DNA from: Eledone cirrhosa
Taxonomy: Eukaryota
Reading direction: 5' to 3'
Assembly: GCA_964016885.1 (NCBI GenBank)
Contig: OZ024748.1
Location: 58,094,001-58,158,000, forward strand
Length of the DNA stretch: 64,000 nt
The notes below the pieces were generated by a model. The model did not search any database. It had not been told where the DNA came from and saw only the letters and a program-made list of their open reading frames with translations. Positions 1 to 13,882 of the stretch are shown here, piece after piece (the stretch's first letter is position 1; each line of letters starts with the position of its first letter). A program made the translations under genes and the position numbers.

Positions 1-38
<38 letters not shown>

Positions 39-90
39 ACACACACACACACACATACATGCATACATACATACATACATACATACATAT
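1..90. repeat. (CA)n/(CATA)n microsatellite
   Basis: Directly visible AC and ACAT repeats. Confidence 0.95.
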
Positions 91-799
91 CAAATGTGTG
101 CGTGTACACATGTTTCATTGTTTCTTTCTGTACGTATGAATCGATTAGGTAGATATTGCGTGATTAGTTCTGTTTAAATATTTCAAGCACGAACTCGATA
201 TTTGAAGTGAAGAAAGCCCTTTCAAAAGTTTCGAATTATTTAAAAGAAACACATGGTAAGTAATTGTACTTCAGAAATAACTTAAAGCAGTATGAGTTGA
301 TTATGAAATATTATGATATTTCCTCAACAATATATATAAACAAATAGATGTAGTCCAGTATAATATATATGCTGGATGAATAGATGACCGCAGGTACAAA
401 ATAGTGTTAGCATAATCATTAACTTGTATCAGTTTGAAATCTCCCAAGCTGTGTAATTGATGTCGATATCTAATATTGGTAGGAGGCAAAAGGGAATTAC
501 ATAGTAACCAATATTGTTGAATGAAACGCTAACATTTCATTAATTGTGCTAATGGTCAACATGTCGTGATATAATTTGATTCTGCTAATCTAGATGTTAC
601 TTCTTTTTATTTTCCTACTGTGAATACATCAGTGGATGTAATTGGTTCTCTGGAAATAATTCTGAAATATCTTGGATTAGGCATGAAATGTAGGAGCTGA
701 ATATGGATAACGTCTCAGGTATCACTAATATAAAGCAAAAATAACGTAGGACAGAGAATGACAAAACAAATATTGTGATGCAAACCCCACATAGATTTC

Positions 800-900
800 G
801 CGGTGGGTTGACAGCACAAAGGTACGGCTCTTTACGGTCTGAATTCAAATCCAGCCAGGTTTACCTTTGCGTTTCATCCTTACGGGGTCGATAAAATAAA
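800..900 (+). mobile_element. SINE family A, partial copy
   Basis: GAATTCAAATCC (B-box-like) and CTTTGCGTTTCATCCTTACGGGGTCGATAAAATAAA match the full copy at 5868-6054. Confidence 0.8.
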
Positions 901-1317
901 TATACTTTTAAATCTTAAAAATATACTTTTAAATCTTAAAATAAATATTCAGTTTCCAAACTAATATATTTCGGGATTTAACTTACTTTAATTCAGATAT
1001 TGTGATATATGATTAGCAGCTAGATGATATATTAGTGTTTAGATTGACGATACGTTTGTATACATTTCTATGTTGAATATGATCATGTGCTGCCGCATCA
1101 ATGCCACAAAATAATTACCATTCTTGAACTGTAAGCAATGGATAAATAATTGTTACTTTAAGAAAACATTAACTGAATCAGAATAAGCAATAATATTGCA
1201 GCGAACAGTTTATTTTTGGCTACATGTTACTTCACTGATAATACGAATCTGAATGTCGATGCTAAACATAGTTGCTATGGATATAAATTGATGAAGATTA
1301 GATTCCACCATTTTCAT

Positions 1318-1400
1318 ATAATTGTTTCTACTTTAGGCACAAGGCCAGCAATTACCCAGTGAATTACTGGTACTTTATTTTATAGACCCCGTAAGGATGA
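1318..1400 (-). mobile_element. SINE family A, 3' half
   Basis: Reverse complement of the ...GTACCAGTAAT...GCTGGCCTTGTGCC..AAGTAGAAACAATTAT tail. Confidence 0.85.
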
Positions 1401-2808
1401 GATATATATGCACACAGTTGAAGAGACCTTCATTGGGACGTACATCATATATATAAATATAATTTGCCACAGCACCTTATTTTACGCAACCTTGTGAAAT
1501 CCATATGATATATTGAATTTTCATTTCCATTGCATTATCAAGTTAAACTAGAATGAATAGGAAATAATGAAGCAGTAAATTGCAATGCGTAAATATGGCA
1601 CAATCCTATTTAATTATATCTAAGCCCACACATTTATATTGCTAATTAATTATTGAATTTCATTACTTCATTAGGATCTCAACATCCAGATGAATGAGCT
1701 CTATATACGATATACAATAATATTTGGAAGCAAATATTTCCTTAAACGATAATTCAGTAGAGCACTACAAATATAGCTAGAATACCTTTTGAGAATCTAC
1801 TGACATTAAATATAACCGCATTCAGACAGCCTGTGTGTTCACACCATATCATTCTTTACAGAAATATATTGAGTTTAGGAACCTTGTCATTTATCCCACA
1901 CTACTATCATAGTATTTGCCACGGAAATGTTATATAAATAAAGGTTATTTCGAGAAAATATGATAGAATACATCGTAATATATACATTAAGTATGGAATA
2001 TCTATCACACTTTAGACAACTATATTTTGTTCATCTTTTCATTATATTATGTACGGATTACAATGCCACAAATCAATTCTAAAAAACTGATATGGATCCT
2101 ATTAAATGGTATATTTGAAGATACTAATGATATCAATCCTATTCTAACCAGGTGATTTCGAGTGCAAATATATGAAAAATGAATAACAAATTTTGTCAGA
2201 CATCCACCCATAACGATGTTGAATGGCGTCTTGGTAAGGAAACATATCACATAACTGTAATTTTCACAAAACGTGTTTGACCTCGATTTTAAGTTGACTT
2301 ATTTAATCAGAAATGGAAAGGTGAGGTAATGGAAACAAAGCAAATGTTATTGTAACACTATTTTTTGAAGTAGAAGACAGATAGTCTGTTTTGGTAATAT
2401 GAACAGACTAATACATTATGTCGCTTATGTAGATATGACAGTAATTGAAATAGGCAGTCAGAATTAAGTTTTAAATTGGCACGAGACGTCTCGAAAGAGA
2501 TCCCAATGAAATCATTCGTTGATTGATATTACTGATTGATTCTATATCTATAATCAAAGCACCAGCTATAACAAATCACGAAATCAAAGTTGTAATATTC
2601 ACTTGGTTTCAGAAAGGTCATGTGATATGCAATTACACTGAACTGATTTATATTCAGTATAAATTTGAATAATGGTGCAAATACCGAAGTCTGCCGCATT
2701 TTTATTCAAACAAAACTTGTACATTTCTTAAATTAATATTTCACTGTTCTTTGTATATCTGTACATACATGATACACGTCTCTCTCTCTATCTCTATCTC
2801 TATCCGCA

Positions 2809-2883
2809 CGCACTATTTATATATATGGTGTGGTTATAATGGCACGCGCACTATTTATATATATGGTGTGGTCATAATGGCAC
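2809..2883. repeat. 38-bp-period tandem duplication
   Basis: CGCACTATTTATATATATGGTGTGGTYATAATGGCAC at 2809-2845 and 2847-2883. Confidence 0.9.
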
Positions 2884-4361
2884 CGTATTGGTATACAGCC
2901 TTTCTTGGACATTTCAAGCTTTGCGGAGACTATCTCGCTCCAGGCCTGTGTACAGCAGATTTCTTCCAGAGAAAGATAGAATGTAAGAGAGAGGAAATAG
3001 GAAAGAGATATATAGGAAGAATCGACCCCAGTACTAGACGGATTTGAACTCAGAGAGAAGAGAGGTGGAACAAATACCATAAAGCATTTATCCGATGTTC
3101 TAACGACTCAATACGTACGACATATATAAAATCTGAAGAAAATCACATTGAAAAGTCTGGTTTATCACATAGTCCAAATACATTGTTAATCCAGCAACAT
3201 TACAGCATTTCCCGTTTCACCATTAAGATTTATCATGCTCGCATTAATTGATATTTGAAGTAGAATTAGCATCTATTAAGCAGGTTTGTGACTTAAATTC
3301 ACACGTACTTAGAAATTCTATCATTCCCTTACACTTGTATATTAAACTTCCATTAATCTCCCTTTAAAATACCATCAGATTTCATGCACAAGAAAAAAAA
3401 AAGTTTTCTATTTGAAACTTGATATACTAAATGGAGAATCGATAATCAGATGTTGAAACTTTCAGTAATGAGTAATGTAGTAATACGTCTTCTCGTAATA
3501 TAAGCAAACAATTCCATCACTATATATCTAATTGTATTCCTCATACGCAATTAACTATTAAGTACAGGGATTTGATATAGACTCAACACATGTCTGCATA
3601 AGTTATTAATCTTCAATTGAAATAGTCATACTGTAAAAACATTCACGAAAGGGAATTATTTTCAACTCTCTCCAGAATGATAAATAACTTTAAAAGGATT
3701 TAAATTTCGACTGATAGAAAAACGGAACTAGTCATCGAAATGTATTTACTCAATTGTACAACCAGATCAGCTTGATTTTAGATAGAAACCGTATGATAAT
3801 TGCAAAATATGTGAACTAGAATGATATAAGATTTGGTGATACACTACCTAGAGTTTAATGATATAAAAGATTTCACAGTATGGAAGATTCTAGATTCGAT
3901 AATGATATAGCCAATTAAAGGAGGAGACCACAGCGTAAACATATAGAGATTTCTAACTATTTTGTATGTGGTACGCGAACATTCAATCGATGGCTACATT
4001 ATACCTGGAATAGTTAGAGAATTAGGTTTTAAAAAATTCCGCATTCCATTGTTATAATTGGTTTCCTGTACGAGAGAAAGTAATATTGTTGTGTGAGTGA
4101 AGGATATATTTGATATATTTATCCGCTAATTTGATCTCATATTGCATCACTACATAATATATTATAACATTACCTTTTATTTCATTGAGTCTCATACAGC
4201 CAGCTGACTTCACATGAAACGACAATCGACATTTCCCCTTGAGTTACACGCATATATACATGGCGCGTGTTTGTGTGTGTCTACATGATGAAACATGTAT
4301 ATAATTTTGCTTATGTTCGATATATGTGCAAGTAGACAAGAGAAAGAATATACATATTGCT

Positions 4362-4427
<66 letters not shown>

Positions 4428-4429
<2 letters not shown>

Positions 4430-4482
4430 TAAAATAACAGATTAAAGTTTAAGCAATAAATCGCTGCTTTCACCTTTAACGG
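4428..4482 (-). mobile_element. TA-adjacent pLTR-like terminal fragment (second copy 52051-52140)
   Basis: ATTAAAATAACAGATTAAAGTTTAAGCAA...GCTTTCACC is shared with 52051 onward, and both abut TA tracts. Confidence 0.6.
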
Positions 4483-4554
4483 TTTCTTATATCTTTGATA
4501 TATATTTATCCTTATCGATCCCTCTTTTGATTTTAGTATTCGCATTTATTATTA

Positions 4555-4598
<44 letters not shown>

Positions 4599-4601
<3 letters not shown>

Positions 4602-4840
4602 AATGAAGGAACACGGATTCAGTGTTGCATCATAACCTATTTAATAACATTTTACATATGTTTCACTATCGTTTAGATAGAGAAAAGATCTGTTATTGAT
4701 CGAACCAGACTCTGTAATCGAAAGAACAGAAGATATTTTTCCCATATGATCTCGTCTCCGATTCTATATACAGTGCATTCTAACAGCGTGGTATTCTTTG
4801 GCCGCTCATTGGTTCATTATCTCATCATCAGTCTCTCCTC
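4599..4840 (-). mobile_element. PLE pLTR-like fragment with partial HHR
   Basis: Minus strand has GAAAC-ATAT-GTA (the same palindromic stem III as the pLTR at 39602) and a distant CTGATGA; stem II is not convincingly paired. The 3' end abuts (TA)n. Confidence 0.4.
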
Positions 4841-5113
4841 GTCTGTTTCTCATCTGGTCAACTGTCATGTGCGTTCATGGATGGAAGGCCGTCAGCCTGC
4901 CTCTCACTGCTAAACTTGGTTGACGCTCTCGCAGGCAATATTTCCCACTTAGGGGCCGCTGTCCATGGCAAGCATTTCTACGTGGGAACAATTTCGTTAC
5001 AATTATATATATATATATTCCCAGCGCTACAAAAGCTGAATATTCGTATTTATATATATATATATATATATATAAAATCTACAAATACAAATATTCAGCT
5101 TTGAAGCGCTGAG

Positions 5114-5468
<355 letters not shown>

Positions 5469-5867
5469 TATATGTATAATTGTAACGAGATTTCTCACAC
5501 GTAGAAATGTTATAAACATAGTTATAAAATAGGGTGAAAACTCATACAAGACGGAAAAAGTTGACATCGTCTGCTATGTGGTACTTTATATATGAGTTTA
5601 GAGAAATACAAAATATATATATACTCCTATTTAAGCATGCTCGGTTCAACTGGTTCTGTATATATACAAATATCACATAGTTCAAATCTTTAGTGTGCAA
5701 CTGTATATGTTTAAGTACCAACATAAGCGTTACTAATGATGCGGTATATCAGCTTCTCGTTTATGTATTTCCTACTTGTTGTTTAGATGGTCAATATGAA
5801 TTGAGGTGAAGAACACAACAAGTTGTGATATTCGGATGTGTGTATCTATCATTATTTTCATTCAAAG

Positions 5868-6054
5868 GGCAGTGGATTGGCAGTATCGGTAGAGTGTCTG
5901 ACGCCATGCTTTCCAGCATAGATTTACGGCCCTTTATGGTCTGAGTTCAAATCCCGCCGAGGTTAATTTTGCCTTTCATCCTTACGAGGTCGATAAAATA
6001 AAGTACCAGTAATGTACTGAGTAATTTGCTGGCCTTGTGCCAAAAGTAGAAACA
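5868..6054 (+). mobile_element. tRNA-derived SINE family A, full length
   Basis: A-box-like TGGCAGTATCGG, B-box GAGTTCAAATCCC, and a 17-bp TSD ATTATTTTCATTCAAAG at 5851-5867 and 6055-6071. Confidence 0.93.
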
Positions 6055-6169
6055 ATTATTTTCATTCAAAGAGAAATAGGTACATTAAGCATGTTTACTT
6101 GTCTACTTAATATAAATAAGTAGATTTATGCACGTATTTTCGCAGTTTTCCTTAACGCTCTTCTGTATA

Positions 6170-6218
6170 TATATATATATATATGCACACACATTTATCT
6201 ATATAAATGCACACACAC

Positions 6219-6267
<49 letters not shown>

Positions 6268-6465
6268 CACATTTATATATATATATACATGCACACACAC
6301 ATTTATATATATATACATGCACACACACATTTATATATATATATATATGCACACACACATTTATATATATAAATGTGTGTGTGCATATATATATATATAT
6401 AAATGTGTGTGTGCATGTATATATATATAAATGTGTGTGTGCATGTATATATATATATAAATGTG

Positions 6466-6517
<52 letters not shown>

Positions 6518-6608
6518 CACATTTATATATATATATACATGCACACACACATTTATATATATATACATGCACACACACATTTATATATATATATATATGC
6601 ACACACAC

Positions 6609-6659
<51 letters not shown>

Positions 6660-6760
6660 CACATGTATATATATATATATGCACATGCACACATATATAT
6701 ATATATACAAGGACACACACATTTTTATATATATATATATATATATACACATGCACACAC
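6170..6760. repeat. ~30-bp compound minisatellite (GCACACACACATTTATATA...) with an internal inverted block
   Basis: Forward units, then reverse-complement units at about 6371-6480, then forward units again. Confidence 0.9.
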
Positions 6761-8205
6761 ATATGTATATGTGTTTGTGTGTACAACTTAATCATATATT
6801 TTATACGATTCCGTGTTAGTGAACACTCAGTTCTGACATTCTCACAGTACAACAGAAGTAGCTAGGATATAATCACACTGCTTAAAAACACCAAAAGCGT
6901 GATTTATGTAGGATTTTTATTCTATGCTTATCCATTGTAGTCGAAGAGAGAATTATTTTTGTCCATTAAAATTGCAGATCCTCGGGTGTTAGTGACAGAA
7001 ATAAGGTTAATAGCATGCCTCATCATTTTAACACTTGTTCTCTATCAAATGTCAGGTTATCGTGAAAGGTCTTTCTTAATCTTTTGTCTGGAGGAATGAT
7101 TAAGATGTTCATCTCACAATCATCTTTTCGAGTTCCTGCATATGATCTGAAGGAAATGCAATTTAGACTCATTTAATAGTTGATCACTAATGAGAATATC
7201 ATTGATAGAACTGCACAAGTATTTCAAAAGTCCAGCCTTGTTTCACGTGTCAAACTAAATCCTCCTGTGAAATACCTTACGTGTATATGTGTCAGTGGAA
7301 TAGCTACTTGTATTTTAAACTCTTGAGCTGTCTCTTATTTTGAATGAACAACTCGAATAACCATAGTTGAAGTTGATGAAGCTCAATTCCAATTTTTCGT
7401 GCATAATTATGCAATTGAAATACAAGTGATTGCAATACGACCATTTTAAACAACTTATGTACCATCAAATATGAGGTTTCCTTCTGAATATAAAATATCT
7501 AATGTAGTTTATTGTTCAAGTACTTCGTTTAACGATCTTAAGATCTTAGCTCAATTCGCAGGGTTTGTTTGGAAACTTGAATAATGTTATTTCACATTGC
7601 TACAACTTTCAATCCCAGATAAAATGAGCTATATCTGTAATATACTGGCCTGCTTGTAACACGTTGAATCTTCTAGAAAATTACGTTACAAATAGATGCG
7701 TCTGTGAAATGGCCAGCACATTAATTTCAGGAGCATTCGGTTCATCAAAAGACTAACACTCATCGTTCAAAGCAACGGAGACCCAAAATGTACAACGGCT
7801 CGAATAAGATAAGGACGTCAATATGATGGGCAACTATGGATAGGGTTGCCAGTACATATCGATCCATCAGATCTATATTATGCTCCAGAACATGATATAA
7901 ATTCTATGGCAATACCTCCCGCCATGAAAATACATAATAAGGTGATCAAATTTATACCAAAACTAGAGACAATACTATAGAATTATATTCGTTTTTCCTA
8001 TCTGTCAGGACTTAACTGTACATTCTAGTTAAGAAACGAAATCGTGAAAGGTCTGATAATCCGATATCTTACTTCAAAAATTTTACAATGCGGAATATTT
8101 GAAAGGAAATGGATAATAAAGGATGATGAATATTAATTAATGGGTAACCTTTAAAACGTATTGAATGAAAATCTGAAGAAAATATTTCGAATATTTAAAG
8201 TTGCA

Positions 8206-8567
8206 TCAATTAAGGTGTATCTGATATTACAAATGTGTTGTTTCTTATTTTGGATACAAAAAAAAAAAATAAACAGTAGAGCTACTTAAGACCCGGCTAT
8301 TGTCCAATAAATACTTCGACTTGGAGTTAAGAAATATTATGATGACATTTACGTTGAGGAAATATATTTTGAAAATATGAGGTGAATCAAATAAAGCGTA
8401 TCTAATATCAAAAATATGTTATTTCTTATTTTGGTTAAAACTTATAAATAAACTGTAGAGCTACTTAAGTCCCGGCTATTGTCCAATAAATGCTTCGACT
8501 TGGAGTTAAAAAATATATTATGAAGATATTTACATTGAGGAAATATATTTTTAAAATGTGAGGTGAA
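8206..8567. repeat. ~180-bp diverged tandem duplication
   Basis: GCTACTTAAG.CCCGGCTATTGTCCAATAAAT.CTTCGACTTGGAGTTAA at 8281 and 8460. Confidence 0.9.
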
Positions 8568-9461
8568 AACTCATATTTAAAATTGTGTACTGGAAATAGA
8601 TTGTTGAAGTAATTGGTTGGGACCATATTAAGTATGAAACATTGATGATATAACGAGATATTCTTGAAAGTTAAAAAAAAAGTCTTCTCTGAAAAGTCTA
8701 TGCACAAGATGTAATCTTCTGCTAACATTGTGAAGGAATAGAAAATACAGAGTTAGGTTTCTACGTAGAGGTGTTAAATGACATATATCATTTAGAATAA
8801 TATTTAATTTTTTTCTTAAATCTCGGTTAACAGTTTTATAGTGAATAACACATTTCAAGGAGATCATACACACAGCGATCAAAGTAGTAGTACTGTTGCA
8901 AAGAAGAAATATCGGCAAGGGAATCAGGTTAATATATTTAAAAAGATTTTGTATACAAAACACATAAAGACACGTCACCTAACAAAGAAAGCATAGTAAT
9001 GCTAGAATACCAGTACAGGAAGCATCGTATCATGGAGAGTGCACAGAGTAATACAAGGAAGCAACACTACAACTTAAACCACCACATATAAATAGACAAC
9101 AAATCATAACGAGGCATACAGCCATACACACGCAGGCACAGACTATCAAAATACAAGTTCACACCCAGACACACATTAATTCATGAACAAACACATGCAG
9201 ACATATATACAAGGATCGGCTTAAAATTTCATTGGCCGACTATAAAGGAGTGATTGCAGATGTATGATCTTTTCAAGCATTAATTTTAACTCCTCTTATT
9301 GATAACAGCATTGTTTCTTTTCGGAGACTATGTTGAAAAGTAAAGTTCATGTGGTCATTCCATGAGAAAATCTTGGTCATCCGATACGCATATATAGACA
9401 CGTATATATATATATAAATGTATATATATATATAAATGTATATATATATATAAATATATAT

Positions 9462-9581
<120 letters not shown>

Positions 9582-9654
9582 GTATATATATATATATATT
9601 TCGTTTCTGAAACGTGTGTTGAAGATTCTTTATCTGAAAACGTGTGTTGAACCG

Positions 9655-10385
9655 ATATTGTTATAATTTGAGAGGGTCATGTTGCCAATAAGAAACACAC
9701 GCACCAGTTGCTTTCACTCCAATTTATTATAAATTAAATTTATAAATTTAGGAATTTATAAATTTCCGGTGGGTTGGTTGGTTCCATAACGGTTGTTCAT
9801 ATAGTGTCAAAGTTCTTTCGTCACATATTCTGTGACCTCTTCATTGACTGGGGATTCGTTTCTTTGTTTTTGTACCTCTCCTTTGTTCTGTCCTACGCCA
9901 TCTTGTTTTTGTGTGTGTTGTGTGCTTAGTTTGCGTATGTGTTACATCCGGGTGTCTGTGTGTGTTTATATCTGTTTATTTATTTGTTTATTTACATGTT
10001 ACTGGTTGGTTGTTTGTTCTATATGTGTGTGTGTTTTCATTTTGTCGTTAATTGTAAGTTGTGATGTTGCTGTTCCATTCATGTTTTCTATTTAATTTTG
10101 GTTGGAGTTCATTTATGTTTACACAAAAAAACAAGATGACGTAGGACAGAACACAGGAGAGGCACAAAAACAAAGAAAAGAATACCCTGTCACTGAAGAG
10201 GTCACATAATGTGTGACGAAAGAACTTTGACAATATATGAACAACCCTCCGGTTGTGGAACCAACCAACCAACCGGAAATTTATAAATTCTTAAATTTAT
10301 AAATTTAATTTACAATAAATTGGAATGAAGAAATGGTGCGTGTGTTTCTTATTGGCAACATGACCCTCCCAAAGCATAACAATAT
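9655..10385. mobile_element. PLE pLTR family P2, head-to-head inverted pair
   Basis: Diverged arms of about 260 bp (9655-9915 -, 10121-10385 +) with a ~205-bp spacer. Both 3' ends face TA-rich tracts. A third copy lies at 41622-41902. Confidence 0.88.
10188..10232 (+). ncRNA. Minimal type I hammerhead ribozyme (P2)
   Basis: TGTCA-CTGAAGA-G-GTCACA taatg TGTGAC-GAAA-G aa C-TT-TGACA: 5-bp stem I, 6-bp stem II, CUU triplet. Confidence 0.8.
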
Positions 10386-10397
10386 ATACATATATAT

Positions 10398-10558
10398 AGT
10401 ATAACTGAACTAAAAAGAAAAACGAACACAGACATATACATCTATGCCTGTGTTCGTTTTTCTTTTTTGTTAAGTTATACTGTACGGCTCGGAAAGCCTC
10501 TTTCTTAGAGGTAATTTACTGTAATGAGACTATTTTGAGTTCCTAACTCAATACAACC

Positions 10559-10562
<4 letters not shown>
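10398..10562. mobile_element. Short inverted pLTR-like module (P3)
   Basis: Arms of about 39 bp (10398-10436 / 10443-10481), followed by GAAAG-CCTC..GAGG-TA resembling stem III of the HHR at 37581; ends in (TA)n. Confidence 0.55.
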
Positions 10563-10615
<53 letters not shown>

Positions 10616-10622
10616 ATATATA

Positions 10623-10671
<49 letters not shown>

Positions 10672-10686
10672 ATATATGTGTGTGTG

Positions 10687-10771
<85 letters not shown>

Positions 10772-12275
10772 CTATATACGCGTGCCTCTCTCACTCACCC
10801 ACATAAACTATACACACACATATATATATGTGTGTACGTGTGTGTATGCATAATGTATGTGGGTGAGAGAGAGAGACTGGCATAAATGCCTTGAAAGACT
10901 AACAAAATTGAAATATACTCAAATTCCACACGGTTAATGTAGTTTTGTAAAATACTTCAAATATTTACCGTTCCATTTTTCAGGGATGAAGATATAAGCA
11001 AACACTATAGATTACTTGAGAAGATATCTATAGATGCTGAGCTAAAATTTTATTCGTAATGAAGTGTAAGCACATCGAAGTTGTATATGACATCTTCGGT
11101 TATAATATGGTAGGGGTTATCTTCCTTGTTTCAATATTTTCATCACTTTTCTTCAGAATCTGAGTCGCATCTTTCATCAGCCTTTGGGATAACGAATATC
11201 AAACCACTATTAATAATGGATTATATATTTTAGATATATAATTTGCATAGAGAACTGTATAATGTAATACATTTATTGGATCTTACCAGTAACTAATTTG
11301 TTTATAGATTTTTGAAACGTAATAAGCTATTTCTTTTTCTATATTGCATATAGAAACATAACATTGCATTGAAACGTAACATTGCATGCAAAAAATGTAA
11401 TAATATATTTCAGCTCACATGGAAGGTTTTTTTATATAAGATTTGGTCTATACACTGAAGCTAACCACGTAGTGGCGTTATAAGCATTACAGATGTTTTT
11501 GAAACCCTTCTAGCTCCCCAAAGTTCACTACATGAATATACTGTATATGTTAAGAAAACAGATACAACTGTCTATACTTACGTATTAGTCAAAACATACA
11601 AATGTATGCTGCGGTACATTATAGTATGTTTAGTTTGTGCGAAAGTATTTAACACACCTATCATGTAGGTATACACCGAAAGTCACGAGTGAATTAGGTG
11701 TACACAGGTATTCATAAAGAATAATCACAGGGATATTTATTAAAGGATCTTCTATTTATAAGCGTCCATTAAAAGGGTGAATGCATTTTCACATATAAAC
11801 AATTATATATGAAAAATCAACTCAGCTCAGCTATACAAAACCCCTGAAATTGGATGCATTTACCCCCGTCTATTACCACAGAATATCCTTGTCATTGTTA
11901 GTGAGAGGCTTGAGTTCAGCGAAGTCCTTAATCAGATGTCAAAGACAACAATACAGAATAGCATTTACCAAAGTGTAAAGCGGACTGAACAATATCAATT
12001 AAAATCACATTGATTATTCGTACTGAAGATTTGGTGAAATCAAATATTTTCTACTTTAGTTTCCTTAAATGGTTTTATAACAGCATCTAAATATTTGCAA
12101 TTGACACTCATACATACACACAATCACATATAGATATAATACACATGCATAAAGTATTACATACACTCACGTTCTAAAGACATATATATTTACTATTATC
12201 TTGGCTATATTTATCATCTCATACATTCTCTCATATACAGACGTTAAATCCTTCGAATATACAAGACATATACAT

Positions 12276-12473
12276 AAGTGTTCGACTTGTGGCACAAGGC
12301 CAGCAATTACCCCAGTGCATTACTGGTGCTTTTATTTTTATCGACCCCGTAAGGATGAAAGACAAAGCTAACCTCAGCGGGATTTGAACATAAAACGTAA
12401 AGAGTCATAACTCTATGCCGCCAATCATGGTGTCTGACGCTCTATCGATACTGCCTATCCAACGCCCAATCCA
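12276..12473 (-). mobile_element. SINE family A, full length
   Basis: Reverse complement of the 5868 copy; 13-bp TSD AAGACATATACAT at 12263-12275 and 12474-12486. Confidence 0.9.
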
Positions 12474-12878
12474 AAGACATATACATGATGTGGACATAAT
12501 CGACCTCGGACACTATATTGCCGTAAGCATAGAGGAATCCTTTCATAAGATCATTATACTGAACAAACATTTACCCAAGCATACTGAAAGCACGTAAGCA
12601 ATTACACACTATATATTTTCCATTGAATAATTACGGTTATGCCTTATACATCAGAATGATGAGTTTTAAATTAAACTGACACTGTATTTCGAGATACCTA
12701 CACTACCCTACTAATATATAACACAAATGTGTACTCAAATGCTACAATTCACATTTTAGTTTATTCCATACTGCAGCTTTGTCTCTTAAGTAAATAGGTA
12801 ATGCTATCATACATACTATTTCATTTTACATATGTTGACTACGCCTAAACACACACACACACACACACACACACATAA

Positions 12879-12949
<71 letters not shown>

Positions 12950-13230
12950 TACATATACACACACACATACATAAATAACAAACTAAGATGCTGAGATTAC
13001 ATATATAGTTTAACCATTATAATTATTTCCCCGGTTCTCCATGCAATCGACATGTCCTTCATCCATTTGCTGTCGATTATGAGAACGGTATCCTCAGATG
13101 AAAATCGATATGTTTGATATGTGGCTGGCAGGGAAAAAAACACGTCATAATACCTGTGTGCCCAGCAAACAACGATTGTTGGAGCTTTCTCCTGCTTACT
13201 CCTGTTTTTACCAAAACAATCTTTTCCGAA

Positions 13231-13281
<51 letters not shown>

Positions 13282-13282
<1 letters not shown>

Positions 13283-13697
13283 GCACAGTTTTATTTAAAT
13301 TGTTGGGTTACAACGAGTAAATATTTATAACTGATATAAAAGCACTCAACAAGTATTTGGAGTATATTTACGATATTAAATAAATGGAAACTATATTTAT
13401 AAAACCATATTTATTTCATTGTATATATTTCAGGGATATCATATTAAAAATATGGTATGCCTTCATCAGACAAAATACAATATAAACAGTCTTATAAATA
13501 GATAGATTTGACATACCTAATCAACTTTTTAAATGGAAGTTGAAGTTGTAAGGTATGTCAAATCTATCTATTTATAAGACTGTTTATATTGTATTTTGAC
13601 TGATGAAAGCATACCATATTTTTAATATGATATCCCTGAAATATATATAATGAAATAAATATGGTTTTATAAATATAGTTTCCATTTATTTAATATC

Positions 13698-13700
<3 letters not shown>
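13282..13700. mobile_element. PLE pLTR family P4, head-to-head inverted pair
   Basis: Arms of about 150 bp (13369-13518 / 13551-13700) with about 3 mismatches and (TA)n on both sides. Related copies at 51544 and 63377. Confidence 0.88.
13594..13655 (+). ncRNA. Minimal type I hammerhead (P4); mirror copy on the - strand at about 13413-13475
   Basis: CTGATGA at 13600, stem II hairpin CATATT ttt AATATG, GAAA-T atat A-TA (palindromic stem III, AUA). Confidence 0.7.
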
Positions 13701-13742
<42 letters not shown>

Positions 13743-13846
13743 ATAACAAGGTATCGTTTAAGGAAATCCAGTTGGGGGTTGAGAGTACTCTGTACTGCGT
13801 AAATAAAACCCTTTTGTACAGCCGACGATGTTATTTATTCAATATT

Positions 13847-13882
<36 letters not shown>

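Noticed and set aside
3128-3165. CTGAAGA..GAAA near a degenerate SINE
   Set aside because: Only a 3-bp AT stem II and no consistent stems I or III.
5868-5960. tRNA genes at A/B-box motifs
   Set aside because: No cloverleaf; these are SINE heads followed by a common body, tail and TSDs.
7840-7852. TAGGGTTGCCAG, hAT-like terminal motif
   Set aside because: No partner inverted repeat or TSD found nearby.
8276-8386. Possible duplicated exon (RPGYCP, GAG|GTGAA)
   Set aside because: No polypyrimidine acceptor, and stops occur in all three frames.
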